From Gracilinanus agilis (lineage: Eukaryota), in assembly GCF_016433145.1 (NCBI RefSeq), contig NC_058130.1, positions 776,270,791 through 776,334,790 on the forward strand: 64,000 nt of DNA, read 5' to 3'. Positions within the stretch are counted from its first letter, which is position 1; each line of letters starts with the position of its first letter. The position numbers were made by a program, and so were the translations under genes. The notes beneath the pieces are model-generated. The model ran no database searches, had not been told where the DNA came from, and saw nothing but the letters and a program-made list of their open reading frames with translations. Shown here piece after piece: positions 63,195 through 64,000 of this stretch.

Positions 63195-63570
63195 ACGGGC
63201 AGCTAGGGACTCAGTGGCTACCTCAGCCCCTTACTGGCTGTGTGACCCTGGGCTAGTCACTTAACCTGGCAAACTGCTCCGGAATCTTTGCCAAGACACC
63301 CCCAGAGCCAGTGGTGCGCTGCGGTCCGCAGGGTCAGAAAGAGTCGGACTCCCAGGGGCATCGAGCCTCACTGCTGTCTAAAAGTAGTCTCGACCCCATT
63401 TCTAGCCCTTTAGAGGCACAGAGGATGTGGATTATTGCCCCCATTTTACAAAGGAGAAAACTGAGGCCCAAAACAAGAAAGAGGCTTGCCCAAGGTCGCA
63501 TAGCTAGACAGCTGCCTGCTAGGAAGCCAAGGCAGAAAACCGGCCTAGATTCGGACTCAGATTCCCAGGT
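63195..63570. mobile_element. Mar1-type SINE (+, 63195..63360) and MIR (-, 63400..63570)
   Basis: gggcagctagggactcagtgg...atctttgccaagacacccc; gaaaactgaggcccaa...cttgcccaaggtcgcatagctag. Confidence 0.7.
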
Positions 63571-64000
63571 CTGCCGTTGGCTACCTGCGTGACCTTGAGC
63601 AAGGCCCCTCCCCCAGGGGCCCCCACTTCTCCCCTCTGGCAAGGAAGGAGGCCGAACTAAGCGATCTCCGGGTGGGGAGGGAGGGGGCAGCCCTGCCATG
63701 CGAGGATGGCACTGGGGCCCCTGGGAGCGGGATGAAAGAGTTAATGGGGAGGGAGGGCAGGAGCCTGCCGGAGGAACACAAAGGGATGTTAATGCTGCTG
63801 TGTGCGCGGAACTGGCTCCTCTGCGCTCTCCAAAGGAACCAGCACCAGCCAGCTCCTGTCAGAGCCCAGACAAGGGGATTTGGAGGGGAGGCGCAGCTCG
63901 GCCTGGCCTGCCCTTTTATGACAGTTTCTCTGTCCTGAAATCCACAGGGGACTCCCTTCCCCCTCCCGCCCCCCCCTCCTCCCCTGCACTCAAGCCTGCC

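Noticed and set aside
56579-63989. Many 100-294 aa ORFs in the 3'UTR and downstream
   Set aside because: Expected in GC-rich DNA; low-complexity, overlapping on both strands, no domains or exon structure recognised.

Overview
Eukaryotic, repeat-rich genomic DNA carrying most of the NF2 (merlin) gene on the + strand. The opossum-type SINEs point to a didelphid marsupial, most likely Monodelphis domestica. The window starts inside intron 4 (exons 1-4 are not here) and contains coding exons 5-15, the alternative stop-carrying exon 16 (PQAQGRRPICI*), terminal exon 17 (LTLQSTKSRVAFFEEL*), a ~3.3 kb 3'UTR with tandem poly(A) signals, and ~4 kb of downstream DNA. All junctions are GT-AG and phases join correctly (1341 nt = 446 aa + stop for the exon 5-15+17 path). 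Introns hold L1, L2, L3/CR1, MIR/Mar1, many SINE1_Mdo-type SINEs, a BovB (RTE) fragment and two hAT-type MITE remnants; there are two assembly gaps. I found no clearly new gene system. The best leads are: (1) a kilobase-scale GC/CpG mosaic inside the gene, where counted GC3 swings from 41-56% (exons 6-8) to 80-87% (9-10), 46% (11) and 83-89% (12, 15), with old repeats apparently GC-converted and introns short in the GC zones; (2) a Pro-to-Gln change in the merlin Blue Box (YQMTQEM); (3) candidate unannotated RNA-processing elements: a 156-nt in-frame cassette exon in intron 16, an intron 5 poly(A) site, poison-exon candidates and a 291-codon open frame after the stop. Comparisons to human merlin and repeat consensus sequences are from memory, and repeat boundaries are approximate.
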